A stretch of DNA of 64,000 nucleotides from Calditrichia bacterium. GTDB taxonomy: Bacteria; Calditrichota; Calditrichia; RBG-13-44-9; J075. A model generated the notes under the pieces. That model did no database searches. It was not told the origin of the DNA and saw nothing but the letters and a program-made list of their open reading frames with translations. The stretch spans positions 160,001 through 224,000 of the forward strand of contig JBOEGD010000018.1 in NCBI GenBank assembly GCA_050633245.1, written 5' to 3'. The first letter of the stretch is position 1; every line of letters starts with the position of its first letter. Shown one piece after another: positions 1 through 8,950 of this stretch. Both the position numbers and the translations under genes were made by a program.

Positions 1-1200
1 ATTAGCAGGTTACACCTCATGCATTCGGTTGAGCACGGACAAACCTTACTAAAAATTAGTCAGCGACCCTCTTATCAACTCATTAACCCTGATGGCTTTA
101 TTAAAAAAGAATATCCTGCCAAGTTACAAGCGGACGTCTGGGCTGCAGGTATGAATTCGCAGTTTAATGAAGCCGGAGATACAGTGAGTGCCGAAAAAAA
201 TGGTTTGGCTCATTTCGGTTTCATGCATGAAACAATTGTTTCACTGAAAGAAAAAGTTTCTCTTTCGGAACTTTATGATCTTGATAGTGCAGCTTATGGT
301 TCATATTCTCTGGACGCAGATATTGAAAACTCCGGTTCACTGTCAATACCCGGGAGCTTGATTTCAGATAGTGACGTTCTGCTGGAAAATCTGGTTGTTG
401 AAGGGAATCTTGAGGTTAATACAGTCAAAGCTCTACCAATGTCAAAGGAGCCTTTTACTGTTTCCGTAAGCCGTAATATGGTCGTGAGAAACATTGCAAG
501 ATGTGATGTCTACTGCGAGTCAAAAGTAGCTGTTTTAGATCGGCTTTCAGATAGCCGTGTTCGGGCCCTAAAATGTGCTGCAGTCAGAGAGATAGTAAAT
601 TCAGAAGTGGTTGTCGGTAGAAGTTTATATGTGCGAAACGTTCTTGGTAAAAGCCATCTTAAGATTGGACAAAGTTTTGTTACTTCTCGAAAACTGAAAG
701 AACTCTGTTCCTTTAATGAAAAAATACTCCAAAAACATATTCTGCTGGATTTTGAGATTAAAGAATTGAGAGAAAAAATTGAAACGGCTCAAAATAAGCT
801 GAAGATGCAGTTAGTTAATGCCCAAAAAAGGGCAGCGAAAAATCAAAGAGTTGGTCTGATTCTTCGTAGGCTATATGAGGGTTTTCTCAACTATATCTCG
901 GAACTGGAAGTAAAGACACGGCTATTTGAAGTCAATTTTGATCTGCTGACTTATTTAGCAAGTCTTATTGATATTTATGAAAGTGATTTTAGTGAAGTCG
1001 AACCATCGGAAATACTGTGCTTTGGTACAATTGAACCAGGAGTCATTATATCCACTGAAAATCAAAGCTATACCGTCAATCGTACCCTGAAAGAAGTCTC
1101 AATCAAGGTCGACACCACTTTAGGAAGTTTTGAAATAGTGCCGCTGACGCCGGAACAGGTAGAACTCGAACAAAATGTTTCTGCTCAAGAAGAGGAGTAA
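1..1200 (+). CDS. FapA/DUF342-like flagellar assembly protein, divergent; frame is open from base 1, so probably 5'-truncated
   Basis: Beta-helix-like repeats (ADIENSGSLSIPGSL, LVVEGNLEV), a coiled-coil insertion and a C-terminal 'GTIEPGVIIS' segment typical of DUF342; located in a flagellar cluster. Confidence 0.55.
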   Translation: MSRLHLMHSVEHGQTLLKISQRPSYQLINPDGFIKKEYPAKLQADVWAAGMNSQFNEAGDTVSAEKNGLAHFGFMHETIVSLKEKVSLSELYDLDSAAYGSYSLDADIENSGSLSIPGSLISDSDVLLENLVVEGNLEVNTVKALPMSKEPFTVSVSRNMVVRNIARCDVYCESKVAVLDRLSDSRVRALKCAAVREIVNSEVVVGRSLYVRNVLGKSHLKIGQSFVTSRKLKELCSFNEKILQKHILLDFEIKELREKIETAQNKLKMQLVNAQKRAAKNQRVGLILRRLYEGFLNYISELEVKTRLFEVNFDLLTYLASLIDIYESDFSEVEPSEILCFGTIEPGVIISTENQSYTVNRTLKEVSIKVDTTLGSFEIVPLTPEQVELEQNVSAQEEE

Positions 1201-1206
1201 ATACGA

Positions 1207-1509
1207 ATGACTCGTCAGAATAAAAATCTTATGAATCTTGCCGGAATCCCGGTATTTGAATCGTCTGTTATACGGGGAAACTCAAATATTGTAAAAGAAG
1301 AAAGTCTTATTCAAATTCAAAATGCTTGTATAAATCATAACGGCAGTATCGAAAAGCCGGTTGTTAGCCCCATTGTCAGTAATGAAGATATTGTAGGCCT
1401 GGTTGTTTCCTGTACCTGCGGGTCTGAAACAAAGATTCTCTTTGATTCTGTTGCAACCAATCACCAAGCCCTCGAACAGCCTGCGTCTGAAGAAAATAGC
1501 GCGCAATAA
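1207..1509 (+). CDS. small hypothetical protein with CxC motif
   Basis: 100-aa ORF packed tightly between the FapA-like gene and motA; contains VVSCTCGSETKILF. Confidence 0.6.
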   Translation: MTRQNKNLMNLAGIPVFESSVIRGNSNIVKEESLIQIQNACINHNGSIEKPVVSPIVSNEDIVGLVVSCTCGSETKILFDSVATNHQALEQPASEENSAQ

Positions 1510-1532
1510 AATTATTGTCACAGGAGATACTT

Positions 1533-2294
1533 ATGTCTTCCACCACGCTCTTAGGCATATTCACTTCCGTCATTGTTCTGGTCTTTGCAACATCTTCACA
1601 AACCGTAACTGTTGATACACTTTTTAACCTTCCCGGTTTAGCAATCGTCCTCGGTGGAACTGCCGCTTCCATTCTCTTTAGCTATTCTACAAGCGATGTT
1701 GCAGGTGTGATGAGAGTTTTCTATATCGTTATTCGTAAGCAACAGATTCGTATGGAGCAATACGTACAAGAAATAGGGACATTTGCACTAAAGGCCCGCA
1801 AAAAAGGTTTATTGTCTCTTCAAAATGAAGTGCGTAATTACCATGATCCCTTTTTTAAAGATGGTTTGAACATGCTTATCGACGGATTTACAAGCCGGGA
1901 GGTACGGCGCATAATGCAACAGAGAATTCTAAATATGCAGTTGCGCGAAGAGGAAGAAGCTCAAATTTTCCGCACTATGGGGAAATTTGCTCCGGCATTT
2001 GGAATGTTGGGAACAGTTATTGGGTTGATTGCTATGTTACAACGTCTTTCGGGAAGTTCCATCGAAAATATTGGTTCGGGAATGGCCGTGGCCCTGGTTA
2101 CAACACTCTACGGCCTGATATTGGCAAATATGCTGTTTAATCCTATTGCGGAAAAGCTGGAAAGACAGACTCAGGAACGCGTTCGCTTAATGAGTATGAT
2201 TACCGAAGGGTTGACAATGATCGGTGACGAATGGCATCCCAATAAGATAAAGGAAGCTCTTAATGCTTTTCTTCCAGCTGGCAAACGACGCTAG
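1533..2294 (+). CDS. motA: flagellar stator A subunit (MotA/PomA), copy 1
   Basis: APAFGMLGTVIGLIAML and MAVALVTTLYG motifs; AGGAG SD before ATG 1533. Confidence 0.93.
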   Translation: MSSTTLLGIFTSVIVLVFATSSQTVTVDTLFNLPGLAIVLGGTAASILFSYSTSDVAGVMRVFYIVIRKQQIRMEQYVQEIGTFALKARKKGLLSLQNEVRNYHDPFFKDGLNMLIDGFTSREVRRIMQQRILNMQLREEEEAQIFRTMGKFAPAFGMLGTVIGLIAMLQRLSGSSIENIGSGMAVALVTTLYGLILANMLFNPIAEKLERQTQERVRLMSMITEGLTMIGDEWHPNKIKEALNAFLPAGKRR

Positions 2295-2309
2295 GGAGTG
2301 CAATAAAGC

Positions 2310-3029
2310 GTGAAAGAACATTCGAGCCAAAGTTATGGCAATGTTTCCACTCAGGATGCGGATAGTGTATTGCATCAATTGCGAAAATCAACAAAAAACG
2401 ATGCTGAAGAGAGCCTTTGGCTGGTTTCCTACGCAGATATGATGACGCTCTTACTAATCTTCTTTGTTCTACTCGTCTCAATCTCTGAAGTAGACTCCAG
2501 CCGGTTTGAAAAAGTTGCAGATGGCATCACCGAGGCAATTGGAAAGTCGAATAAGAAAAAAGTTTCTTTGAAAGATCTTGATCGCGAGATAAATGAGTTT
2601 ATTTCCCAATCCGGTCTGAATAGCGAGCTGAGTTCTGAAGTAACGCCGACCGGGGTTTCTGTCAGTATCGCAGGGGCTTATCTATTTGAATCCGGAAGTG
2701 CGAAACTGTCCGATAAGTCTGTACCGTTGCTCGAGAGAATGTCACACTTTGTTCATGATGTGCCGTATGATGTTGCCGTTGAAGGACACACTGATGATGT
2801 ACCGATTCGATCGACTCAATTCGATTCAAATTGGGAGTTGTCTGCAGCCAGAGCAAGTGGAATTGTGCGCCTCTTTATAAGGCAACGAGTTGCTCCCTCG
2901 CGTCTTCGCGCAATAGGTTTTGCTGATACCAAGCCAATTGCACCCGCCAGGGATGTCAATACAGGTAAGATCATTGCTGAAAATCGTGCCAAGAACCGAC
3001 GGGTTGTTATTCAGTTTCTGGCATATTAA
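2310..3029 (+). CDS. motB: flagellar stator B subunit (MotB/PomB), copy 1
   Basis: WLVSYADMMTLLLIFFVLL TM helix; OmpA-like domain motifs VEGHTD, NWELSAARA, NRRV. Confidence 0.93.
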   Translation: MKEHSSQSYGNVSTQDADSVLHQLRKSTKNDAEESLWLVSYADMMTLLLIFFVLLVSISEVDSSRFEKVADGITEAIGKSNKKKVSLKDLDREINEFISQSGLNSELSSEVTPTGVSVSIAGAYLFESGSAKLSDKSVPLLERMSHFVHDVPYDVAVEGHTDDVPIRSTQFDSNWELSAARASGIVRLFIRQRVAPSRLRAIGFADTKPIAPARDVNTGKIIAENRAKNRRVVIQFLAY

Positions 3030-3151
3030 AATTTTTTCCAGCTGATTTCAAAGCGATTCCCAACCTGATTTAACATATGAAATAATTAAGTTGGGTGACG
3101 AGTTTCAGGAATTTAAAGCAGAATGTTCAACTCAAAATACGATAGCAAAAA

Positions 3152-4522
3152 ATGAAACGAATACTCGTTGTAGACGACGACAATGCTTTGCGCATTGTAA
3201 TATGCAAAACACTAACCTCCACAGGATATGAAGTAGAATCTGCTTCGAATGGAGATGAGGCGCTCGAAATCCTTACAACCAAGTGTTTCGATCTGATGAT
3301 TACGGATTTATCTATGCCCGGGATGTCGGGAATTGAGCTTATAGAAAAGTGTCGAGAGTTATATCCGAATTTAGGATGCCTGATGATTACAGCGTATGCA
3401 TCCGTGGATAAAGCAGTTGCTGCTATGAAGCTGGGAACGGTAGACTTTATTACCAAGCCCTTTTCTTTAAAACAATTAGAAGAGCATCTTGATCATTTCT
3501 TTGAAGTACACCAGTTGCAAGTCGAGAATAAACAATCACCTGCTTCAGTAGAAGATAAAGATCATAAAGGGGAGCTTCTCGGTAATAGCACGGCTATTTC
3601 CAAAACGCTTGCGCTTGTAGATATTGTGGCACAAACAGAAGCGACGGTTCTTATTCTCGGTGAAAGCGGTACCGGTAAAGAGTTGATTGCAAGAGAAATC
3701 CATGCGCGTAGCCCGCGTGCAAATAAGCCATTTCTGAAAGTTAATTGCGCTGCGATTCCGGAAACTCTCTTTGAAAGCACGCTCTTTGGTCATGAAAAGG
3801 GATCTTTTAGTGGTGCGATTAAGGATGTAAATGGAATCTTTGAAGACAGTTGTGGGGGGACGCTGCTTTTAGATGAAATCAGTGAGATTTCAACTTCTAT
3901 GCAGGCAAAATTATTGCGTGTCTTACAGGAAAAGGTTATTCAGAAGGTTGGAACGAGTAGCGAAACCCCGGTGGATGTTCGGATTATTGCAACCAGCAAC
4001 CGAAATATGTCAACTATGGTAAAGGAACAGAAGTTCAGGGAAGATCTTTTCTTTCGGCTTAATGTCTTTCCCGTCTTACTGCCCCCACTTCGGGAGCGTG
4101 AGGATGATATTATCCTTTTGGCAAATCATTTTCTAAAATTTTACGCTGGAAAGTATTCGGCCACCGCTACCAGTTTTTCGCAAGATGCACTGGTGTTTCT
4201 GTCCTCTCAAAAATGGCCAGGCAATGTGCGCGAGTTAGAAAACCTGATCGAGCGAAGTATTTTACTAAATCGACTTGAACCTGTGATCGATGCCGCCGCA
4301 TTAAATTTTTCCGACTCTGGATCAGCTACAGAACTGTTAAATCCCGCTATGACCTTCAATTTAGAGGCTATTGAAAAGAAGCTGATTTTTGAAGCCCTTG
4401 AGGAAACAAACAATCATCGTTCCAAAGCGGCAGAACTCTTGGGAATCAGTATTCGAACGTTACGCAACAAACTAAATATTTATCGTTCAGAGGAAGAAAC
4501 AGAATCAATTGATGTCATCTGA
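3152..4522 (+). CDS. sigma54-dependent response regulator (REC-AAA+-Fis HTH), FleR/FlrC/FlgR-like
   Basis: Receiver domain (VVDDD, DLSMP, KPF), Walker A GESGTGKE, GSFSGA loop, LDEI, WPGNVRELEN, HTH AAELLGISIRTLRNKL. Confidence 0.93.
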   Translation: MKRILVVDDDNALRIVICKTLTSTGYEVESASNGDEALEILTTKCFDLMITDLSMPGMSGIELIEKCRELYPNLGCLMITAYASVDKAVAAMKLGTVDFITKPFSLKQLEEHLDHFFEVHQLQVENKQSPASVEDKDHKGELLGNSTAISKTLALVDIVAQTEATVLILGESGTGKELIAREIHARSPRANKPFLKVNCAAIPETLFESTLFGHEKGSFSGAIKDVNGIFEDSCGGTLLLDEISEISTSMQAKLLRVLQEKVIQKVGTSSETPVDVRIIATSNRNMSTMVKEQKFREDLFFRLNVFPVLLPPLREREDDIILLANHFLKFYAGKYSATATSFSQDALVFLSSQKWPGNVRELENLIERSILLNRLEPVIDAAALNFSDSGSATELLNPAMTFNLEAIEKKLIFEALEETNNHRSKAAELLGISIRTLRNKLNIYRSEEETESIDVI

Positions 4523-4528
4523 ATGAAT

Positions 4529-4565
4529 CGGTAATCCTTGCCGCTCAATCAGGTAAATTTTGCCG
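4529..4565 (+). promoter_or_regulatory. putative enhancer (UAS) pair for the sigma54 activator
   Basis: Imperfect palindromes CGGTAATCCTTGCCG (4529) and AGGTAAATTTTGCCG (4551), 22 bp apart; similar boxes lie upstream of flgF. Confidence 0.6.
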
Positions 4566-4600
4566 TATTACGTTCACTTATTGCGATAGATGCCTTTCCG

Positions 4601-4613
4601 TAAAGTGTTGTTT
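4601..4613. promoter_or_regulatory. possible IHF site
   Basis: TAAAGTGTTGTTT is close to YAANNNNTTGATW and lies between the UAS and the sigma54 core. Confidence 0.4.
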
Positions 4614-4664
4614 TAAAAGATTTAATAATGTTTTTTGTGTTGATTGAAATGCTTTTTTCTAATC

Positions 4665-4680
4665 TGGCATTTATTTTGCT
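4665..4680 (+). promoter_or_regulatory. sigma54 (-24/-12) promoter of the flgB operon
   Basis: TGGCAT-TTATT-TTGCT matches TGGCAC-N5-TTGCW. Confidence 0.88.
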
Positions 4681-4751
4681 TTATTACATGTGAAAAACAA
4701 TAGGTTCATAGGATATCTAAATTGGTAACGGTTTTAATTAAGGATGATAGT

Positions 4752-5120
4752 ATGAAGATGAACGGTGTTGCACCAGTTGAATTACTTAAGCGTTCCCTTA
4801 ACGTCTATACAAAGCAGCAGGGTGCAATTGCTGAAAACGTAGCGAATGCAAATAATCCAGATTATCAGCGCCTGGAGACGGATTTTACAAATGAACTACA
4901 TAATGCGCAGCAAAATCGGCTGAAAACGTCCAGCGGTCGTCATTTGGCAGGTGATAAATTGCCGGTCCCACAGAACGGCGCCGCAGCAGATGAGGCTGTA
5001 GATATTACTGTTGAAATGGCAGACCTTGCCGTTAATCAACTGCACTTTGAATTCAGCGCTCAGGCCTTACGCAGAAATTATAGTCTTTTATTATCCAGCA
5101 TTACTGGAAGGATGGTTTAA
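4752..5120 (+). CDS. flgB: basal-body rod protein FlgB
   Basis: IAENVANANNPDY; VDITVEMADLAVNQLHF. Confidence 0.92.
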   Translation: MKMNGVAPVELLKRSLNVYTKQQGAIAENVANANNPDYQRLETDFTNELHNAQQNRLKTSSGRHLAGDKLPVPQNGAAADEAVDITVEMADLAVNQLHFEFSAQALRRNYSLLLSSITGRMV

Positions 5121-5121
5121 A

Positions 5122-5613
5122 GTGGAAGTTAATGGAATTCTTACTGCGATACGCGTAACTCGCAAGGGACTCTCTACGCAAATGAAGCGTTTGGAAGTGA
5201 CTTCGGAAAACATTGCCCATGCCGATCGTTATCCGGATGCAAATGGTCAGGTATATCAACGAAAGTCACTGACCGTTACAGAGCCCAATAAGGCAGAAAA
5301 ATTACGCTTTGGCGAGCATCTTTCTCTCCGTCTACAGAAATCCAGCGGGACACACTTTTCGACTCCCGGCAGTGCCCGTCTTCTTCCGGAGGATAAAAAT
5401 GCACCCGCCTACGAAATTCAGGAAGATCGCAGTGAAAAACTCGTTTACGAACCGGATCATCCCCAGGCTGATGAGCAGGGGTATGTTCGGACATCAAATG
5501 TAAACCTTGTAGAGGAAATGATGAATTTAATGGCTGCCTCACGTGTATATGAAGCAAATGTTACTGTGATGAATTCAGCAAAGCAAATCGCAAAGAAAAG
5601 CTTTGAGCTATAA
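5122..5613 (+). CDS. flgC: basal-body rod protein FlgC
   Basis: YEPDHPQADEQGYV..NVNLVEEMMNLMAASRVYEAN; GTG start at 5122 is likely. Confidence 0.95.
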   Translation: MEVNGILTAIRVTRKGLSTQMKRLEVTSENIAHADRYPDANGQVYQRKSLTVTEPNKAEKLRFGEHLSLRLQKSSGTHFSTPGSARLLPEDKNAPAYEIQEDRSEKLVYEPDHPQADEQGYVRTSNVNLVEEMMNLMAASRVYEANVTVMNSAKQIAKKSFEL

Positions 5614-5655
5614 ACATCAGATACTCATTACACTTCTATTATTGGAGAACGACGT

Positions 5656-5946
5656 ATGAATATTAAAGCTGCCGCTGTCCAAGCGTATGGAGCAACAACA
5701 AAAATATCAGCTGCATTAGAAAATGGAGGAAATAACGCTGTTCCGAATGACCATCCGGCTAATGTTGAATCAGCAGTGTTTGCTGATTCTAATCTGGCGA
5801 CACATGTCCTGCCGGCGAATTCAATTATTACGGCTCAGGAGCAATTTGTTATCGACCTAATGTTTGGAACTGAAAATACTTCTCTATATGCTGGTCGCAT
5901 TTCAGACCAGATCAAAGTTGGACTCCTAACAGATGTGAAAGCATAG
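5656..5946 (+). CDS. hypothetical protein between flgC and fliE
   Basis: 96-aa ORF with GGAG SD, co-oriented within the operon. Confidence 0.65.
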   Translation: MNIKAAAVQAYGATTKISAALENGGNNAVPNDHPANVESAVFADSNLATHVLPANSIITAQEQFVIDLMFGTENTSLYAGRISDQIKVGLLTDVKA

Positions 5947-5955
5947 GAACGTATC

Positions 5956-6270
5956 ATGACTACAATTAATGAAATTCCATCAATTAAGCTTGGGCAACTA
6001 CTTCAACAACGTGATCAAGCTGCACTACAGCACAATAATAACCCGGTTGGCGTCAGCTTTGGCGAAACGATGCAAAACATGATGAATCAGGTGAATTCGG
6101 ATCAGATTGTTGCCGCAACTCAGGTAAGCGATGTCGTTCAGGGCAGGTCGGATAATCTGCACGAGGCTATGATTTCGATGACAGAAGCGAAAGTCAGTTT
6201 TCAGCTCATGCTGGAAGTTCGAAACCGTTTGCTGGATGCTTATAAAGATATTGAAAAAATGCCGATGTAA
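5956..6270 (+). CDS. fliE: hook-basal body protein FliE
   Basis: LHEAMISMTEAKVSFQLMLEVRNRLLDAYKDIEKMPM. Confidence 0.95.
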   Translation: MTTINEIPSIKLGQLLQQRDQAALQHNNNPVGVSFGETMQNMMNQVNSDQIVAATQVSDVVQGRSDNLHEAMISMTEAKVSFQLMLEVRNRLLDAYKDIEKMPM

Positions 6271-6276
6271 TCGCTC

Positions 6277-6312
6277 TGTAGGTGCCATCACTAAGATGGC
6301 ATCTGCAATTTT
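6277..6312 (+). terminator. hairpin after fliE (weak terminator or mRNA-stabilising stem)
   Basis: TGTAGGTGCCATC-ACTAA-GATGGCATCTGCA, a 13-bp stem with G-U pairs, followed by ATTTT. Confidence 0.5.
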
Positions 6313-6348
6313 CTCAACAGGATGAGTCTATAATTCAGGAAAGAAGCC

Positions 6349-7938
6349 ATGAATCCGTTTGTTGCTAATATCCAGCGTATGCTGGACCGCTATACCAGCC
6401 GTCAGAAAATCGTTATTGTCGCAGTTTTACTGGGATTTTTTTCATCGATGGTTGTACTGCTTCTTTGGGCAAATCGCCCCGACTATGAACTCCTTTACAG
6501 TAATTTGGATAGTGGTAGTGCCAATGCTATTGTCCAGGATTTGCGAGAGAACAATGTCGAGTACCAGATAGGTAATGGTGGTTCCTCGATCTATGTTCCG
6601 CGTGAATACGTTTCCGAGATGCGTTTGAAGTATGTGCAGTCGGACTATATGCAGGATGGCATTCAGGGATACGAATTGTTCGAAACCGGCAATATGGGTA
6701 TGACGACCTTTATGCAAAGGCTTAATATGAAGCGCGCACTTGAGGGAGAGCTTACCCGAACTATCGGTAATTTACCCGAAGTAAAATCTGCGCGAGTGCA
6801 TCTGGTCATTCCGGAAGACAGGTTGTTTCAGGATGATAAAAAAGGGTCTGCTTCCGTTGTGCTTCACGTAAGATCCGGCATTAACCTTGGTCGGAAACAG
6901 ATTAATGGGATTGTTGCTCTTGTCGCGAACAGCGTGGAGAATCTGAGTCCGGAAGATGTCGTTGTTCTGGGGTCAAATGGAGAATTATACAGCAAGACTC
7001 AAAATGAAGGTATCGTCGGTGAGGCCGGTGGGCGCTGGGAACTGCAATCTGCAGTGGAGGCTGACTATCGACGGAAAATAACCGAAATTGTTGAGGGAGT
7101 TGTTGGCTATCGCAACTCGGTTGTAAATGTGTCGGTGGACTTAAATTTTGATCAAATAGAGCGCACCATAGAAGAGGTAGACCCTGAGAAAGTAGCTTTA
7201 CTGAGTGAAGAGACTTATTCTGAGGCCGGCGCCGGTGGTGGTGGAAATGCCGAAAGAGTAACCTCCAATTATGAATTGACTAAAAAACTTGAACGCTTTG
7301 TTTCAAATACCGGCGATGTGAAGCGCGTTACGGTTGCGGTTCTTGTAAATGGTGTCTACGAAAAACCTGATGGAGCCGAGCCGGATGCTGTGGCCGAATA
7401 CCGAGAGCGCAGCCCCGAAGAGCTGGCTGAAATTGGCGCTCTGGTGCGAAGTTCAATCGGGTTTTCTGCAGAACGAAATGATGTGCTCGAGGTGAAAAAT
7501 CTGCCGTTTGAGAAAGATATCCTTACAACAGAACAGCAGTTGTACGACGAGCTTGAACAAAAAAGACAGTGGGAATATTACACATTATACGGTGTCGCAG
7601 CTATTGGCGGAATAATCGTGTTTTTCCTTTTACGAATGTTAATGAAAACAGGTTTTAAAGAGCTTTCCACAATTCCCCCGGTAGAGGCGCTTGGTGAAGG
7701 TGCAGAAGGTACAGAAGCGCTACCGGAAGGGACAGCTGCTGCGGCACTTGCTGACGGGGAGGCGGTTGAGCAGGAAGACTTGCGTGATAAATATCTTCAC
7801 AAATTATCGCCTGAAGCGAAGGGCAAGCAGGTTGCCAATGAATTTATGACAAAAGAAGTGGTTAATTTTGTTGAAGAATCACCGGAAGACGCATCCAAGC
7901 TATTGCGTTCCTGGTTAGTAATGGAGCAAGAAGGATGA
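6349..7938 (+). CDS. fliF: MS-ring protein FliF
   Basis: GYELFE, RALEGELTRTI, SARVHLVIPE, ASVVL; two TM helices. Confidence 0.96.
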   Translation: MNPFVANIQRMLDRYTSRQKIVIVAVLLGFFSSMVVLLLWANRPDYELLYSNLDSGSANAIVQDLRENNVEYQIGNGGSSIYVPREYVSEMRLKYVQSDYMQDGIQGYELFETGNMGMTTFMQRLNMKRALEGELTRTIGNLPEVKSARVHLVIPEDRLFQDDKKGSASVVLHVRSGINLGRKQINGIVALVANSVENLSPEDVVVLGSNGELYSKTQNEGIVGEAGGRWELQSAVEADYRRKITEIVEGVVGYRNSVVNVSVDLNFDQIERTIEEVDPEKVALLSEETYSEAGAGGGGNAERVTSNYELTKKLERFVSNTGDVKRVTVAVLVNGVYEKPDGAEPDAVAEYRERSPEELAEIGALVRSSIGFSAERNDVLEVKNLPFEKDILTTEQQLYDELEQKRQWEYYTLYGVAAIGGIIVFFLLRMLMKTGFKELSTIPPVEALGEGAEGTEALPEGTAAAALADGEAVEQEDLRDKYLHKLSPEAKGKQVANEFMTKEVVNFVEESPEDASKLLRSWLVMEQEG

Positions 7939-8948
7939 CAAATGTAAATCTGACAGAATTAACACCAGCGCAGAAATGTGCGGCCTTCCTCATTTTTGTT
8001 GGCGTGGAGCGTGCGGCAAAAATTCTTGGCGCAATGTCTGAGGCCGAGGCGACAATTATATCGCTTGAAATAGCGCAAATGGATAATCTCTCACCTGAAA
8101 CGTTGAATGGGGTGCTTCATGAGTATTATCAGATGATGATTTCCAATCAATACATTTCTCAAGGTGGGAAAGACTATACGCGGGATGTACTTGAGAAGGT
8201 ATGGGATACAGATAAGACCAATCGTTTTATGAAGCAGCTGAGTGCCGGAAAGACGGAAGATGTTTTTCAGCTTCTTGAAAAAATGGATGAAAAAGTTCTG
8301 GCAGGTCTTTTGGCAAATGAACACCCTCAGACAAATGCACTCATTCTCGCAAACTTGTCGCCGGCAAGATCTGCACAATTGCTTGAGGTTTTGCCAACAG
8401 ATAGTCAATATGAGGTTGCCTATCGCCTGGCTACCATGCAGCCGACATCTCCTGAACAGTTGAGTGATGTGAAGCTTGCACTAAAGGAGCAACTTAAGTT
8501 TGCTCTGCTCGATGATTCGGAAAGAATTGGCGGAGTTGAAGCTGTTGCAAATATTTTGAACTCTGTAAGTGGAACGATAGAAAAAACAATTATCGGTAGT
8601 TTACGCGAACGCCAACCGGAGTTGGCATCCGCTATATCGGAATTAATGTTCTCCTTTGATGATATTGTATTGCTTGATGATAAAATCGTTCAGCGTATTC
8701 TTAAAGATGTTGATTCGAAAAAACTCGCGCTGTCTTTAAAGGCTGCCAATGATGATCTACAGGAAAAGGTCTTCAAAAATATGTCGGAACGCGCCTCTAA
8801 AATGCTGCGGGATGATATTGAATTTCTTGGAGCTGTTCGCCTTAAAGAAGTAGAAGATGCGCAGCGAGAGGTAGTTGAAACGATTAAAAAACTGGAAGCA
8901 GCCGGTGAAATACAAATCACCCGCGGCGAAGAAGAATTGGTTGGCTAA
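7935..8948 (+). CDS. fliG: motor switch protein FliG
   Basis: QKCAAFLI, EHPQT, GGVEAVANIL, MFSFDD, NMSERA, VEDAQ. Confidence 0.96.
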   Translation: MTNVNLTELTPAQKCAAFLIFVGVERAAKILGAMSEAEATIISLEIAQMDNLSPETLNGVLHEYYQMMISNQYISQGGKDYTRDVLEKVWDTDKTNRFMKQLSAGKTEDVFQLLEKMDEKVLAGLLANEHPQTNALILANLSPARSAQLLEVLPTDSQYEVAYRLATMQPTSPEQLSDVKLALKEQLKFALLDDSERIGGVEAVANILNSVSGTIEKTIIGSLRERQPELASAISELMFSFDDIVLLDDKIVQRILKDVDSKKLALSLKAANDDLQEKVFKNMSERASKMLRDDIEFLGAVRLKEVEDAQREVVETIKKLEAAGEIQITRGEEELVG

Positions 8949-8950
8949 AG

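Noticed and set aside
5011-5121. N-terminal extensions in the ORF track (also motA1, MotE-like, flgD, GAF, flgJ, aminotransferase, GHL10, tetR, acyl-CoA dehydrogenase)
   Set aside because: They overlap upstream genes or lack an SD; downstream starts with an SD or translational coupling were used instead
6297-6312. Internal sigma54 promoter (TGGCAT) before fliF
   Set aside because: No TTGC at the -12 position; the sequence is one arm of a hairpin
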